Position numbers and translations under genes: made by a program. The notes beneath the pieces are model-generated. The model did not search any database. It was not told the origin of the DNA and saw nothing but the letters and a program-made list of their open reading frames with translations. Below are positions 61,601 through 64,000 of a DNA stretch of 64,000 nt, one piece after another. Each line of letters begins with the position of its first letter. Position 1 is the first letter of the stretch. Source of the stretch: Microbotryum violaceum (lineage: Eukaryota); the NCBI GenBank assembly GCA_001244265.2, contig CDLV01000013.1:806001-870000 (forward strand). Reading direction: 5' to 3'.

Positions 61601-64000
61601 AGTTTTACCGGCGGCTTCATCAACAACTTAACCGACAATGGCCTCACAGTTGCACTCGTAGGATCCTTGCTCAAAGCTGGACCTTTTGATGCCAGCATCG
61701 AGTTCCCTTTCGGTGTTGACGTGATCTGGGAGGGGCAGAACATTGCTAAGATCGCCCTGCCCCCGATCTGCTCCCGCGGTAACGTCGGTGTCCCAGCGCT
61801 CAACACGACCGGTATCCTCACGATTACAAATTACAGGGGCTTCGTCGAGTTCGCAGGATATCTGTTGAACAACCCTCAGTTCACCTGGACGATCACGACC
61901 GACAAGTTGCGAGTTTCGGCGCTCGGAACAATCTTCGACAACGTGACGCTCACCAAGAACGTCACTTTCGATGCGTTTAACAAGCTGGCACCCGGAATCT
62001 CGCTCTTGAACCCCGATTTCCCCGGCGACGCGAAAAGCCCACCTGGTATTAAACTCACTGTCGACTCGGTGATTCCGTCCCCTTCAAATCTCGGCATCGA
62101 GCTCGGCGAAGCGACTTTCATCTCGAGCTACAATGGGTCCGAGATCGGTCCTGTTACGGCGAGCGACCTCACCCTGAAGGCCAAGTCGAACACGAGCAAG
62201 TCGCTTGTGGGAACTGTCATTTATCGTAACGACGCGAATGGCCTCACGTCTCTCGGCGACGTCTTCTCGCTCTTCTTGGCGGGCGAGAACGTACCTTTAA
62301 CGGTCACGGGTAGTTCGGTCACCTCGCCGGCGCAGAAGACGCCCGTCAAGTGGCTTTCGGAGTCGTTTGGTCAACTTGTACTTACCGTGCCGCTTCCCGG
62401 CAAGAAACAGAAGATCCTCAGCGCGCTCCAGCTCCGTGATCTGACTGTTACGCTCGACGACGTGGCGCAAGACTATGCCGCGATTATTGCGAACAATGCC
62501 ACGGACGTCACCTTCCGCAACCCTTACGGCTTCACGCTCACGGCGATTCAAGCGGGAGGTAATTTCATCCTCAACTATGAAGGACAAGCTGGAACTCTGA
62601 ATGTACCCGTTGGAAACGTTGTGAAGCAAGGAACATCGACCGGTCAAGATGTAAGTTGCGCCTTGGTGGCCTCAATTTCCAGCATCAGCACAGTTTCCAG
62701 CATCAGCACAGTTTCCAGCATCAGCACAGTTTCCAGCATCAGCACAGCGAAGACTAAATTACACACCGCTCGCTTTTGTCTGTCCTCTGTTCTCAGGCCA
62801 ACATCACCATTCAGTTCGTGAACCCTCCCGCAGTCTTTGTGGCGAACAATACGCTCGCATATCAAAAGTTCTTCGCCGCGGTCACGAACGACGCCCAGGT
62901 TGCGTTCGAGCTCACTGGTGGCGCTTTTGGTGAGTCCGGTTTTCGCTCTCCTTTGGGCCGGGTATTCTTGCGACAACTGAGCTTGTCCATCCCCCCCCCC
63001 CCAGTCACTGCGCGCACTGCGGCAGGAGATATCCCCATCAGCGGCATTCCAGTCGACGTGCCCTCGACTTTCCCTGGTATCAATGGCTTCGACCACAAGA
63101 CGGCAATAAATCAAGGTAGGTGCCTGTTGGCCTCAAAGCAACTGCCACCGCACCATTCAAACATCAAGTGGCTGAGCGTGCTTTTCTTCTTCTGCAGTGC
63201 CCGTGGTGTACGGTGGAGGAAGCGACGCGGATCCCTTCGGCCAAACGGCTGGATCCGACTTTGTTCGCATCGCCCTTACGACCATCCTGATCAACCCGGC
63301 ACCTCTGATCCTCCACACCAACTTCGCGTCGCTTCAGGTTTACTACAGATCGGTGCTGGTTGGACGGGCTTACATCAACCCGCTTGATTTGTACCCGGGT
63401 GACAACGCGGTCCCTGCCGAGTTCCACTATGAGGTATGTGCTGCGCATTCATCGAATATAGCCACAGGGTGCTGTACTAATGAAAACTTTCTTCTCTGCG
63501 CAACAGCCTAAAATTCGCTCGGATCCGATAGCTCAGGACATCCTGGCCCAGTACCTCGAGACGACCGGCCCGATCCCTATCAAGATTGAGGGCGACTTGA
63601 CTTCGTCACCCTATAAATCTTTGCAACCAGCCTTGGGTGCGCTCTCGCTCGATGCGACGTTCCCGGGGCAAGGGAAGCCTCTGATCAACAAGGTCATTGT
63701 AGGTTAAATGCATTAGCTGGCACGTTCGACCGCTTGCGAGCGTCCCGGGGCGCTGACTCCACCACCTTCGCCACAATGTAGATTTACATTGATCTTATCA
63801 CAGCCTTTTGCAACCGCACGGTGTCGATTCAGACCCAACTCACCAACAACCTTGAGACGTACATCGAATTGATTCATTTCTCCGGAACGGGCACTCAAAC
63901 GGGGACGGAGTATGCCTCGTTCAACTACACGTTCTCGGGCTCCGGGTTCCGGACCGACAAGGGCGGAACGGGGCCTTTCTCCGAGGTCGTCAAGCCCGTG
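52625..64000 (+). CDS. Giant single-pass membrane protein with tandem beta-rich DUF3712/Tag1-like modules; continues past the window end
   Basis: Basic stretch then TM helix (KKPIFKSRKFLILCPILGLATLV/IGIVLLVFPIL); recurrent motifs AGPFDA.I.F, F..FA.YLL..P.FTW, NPS, PFGF, NPF; many N-x-S/T sequons; GT-AG introns link the ORF-track pieces. First exon(s) (ATG 52625) are uncertain. Confidence 0.8.
62676..62747. repeat. Intronic minisatellite, 4 perfect copies of 18 bp
   Basis: (TTTCCAGCATCAGCACAG)x4 inside intron 62651-62797 (GTAAGT..CAG). Confidence 0.95.

Noticed and set aside
1-64000. tRNA, rRNA or snoRNA genes
   Set aside because: None recognised by eye; tRNAscan-SE and Infernal/Rfam searches would be needed to exclude them, especially in the longer introns and at 48.4-52.6 kb.

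Overview
Eukaryotic, intron-rich, gene-dense DNA from a basidiomycete fungus. GTRAGT/GTGCGC donors, CTRAC branch points, ~50-100 nt introns and the gene set suggest a Microbotryomycetes-type yeast (inferred). About 17 protein-coding genes can be reconstructed: a mitochondrial PPR protein (truncated by the window start), Raptor/KOG1, ATG12, a secreted beta-helix protein, an ACBP-domain protein, IPI1, DBP7, a Cdc25/Ych1-like rhodanese phosphatase, a C2H2 zinc-finger regulator, a TMEM115/DUF1751 protein, a GH105/GH88-like glycosidase, NUP57/NUP54, SEC8, a zeta-toxin-like P-loop kinase, a PPPDE-thioredoxin-PUL protein, trifunctional FOL1, and a giant multi-repeat DUF3712/Tag1-like membrane protein (truncated by the window end). 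A gene-free block at ~48.6-52.4 kb is rich in tandem and inverted repeats and resembles a decayed DNA transposon. The most striking signal is in the zinc-finger gene: 825 nt (24288-25112) with no AG dinucleotide on the sense strand. This stretch begins at a branch point plus polypyrimidine tract just after a 5' splice site and ends at an AG that joins exon 1 in frame. It also contains a second ATG and 103 in-frame codons, suggesting an extreme distal-branch-point intron with a nested alternative first exon. All gene models were read by eye; family assignments come from recognised motifs, not database searches.
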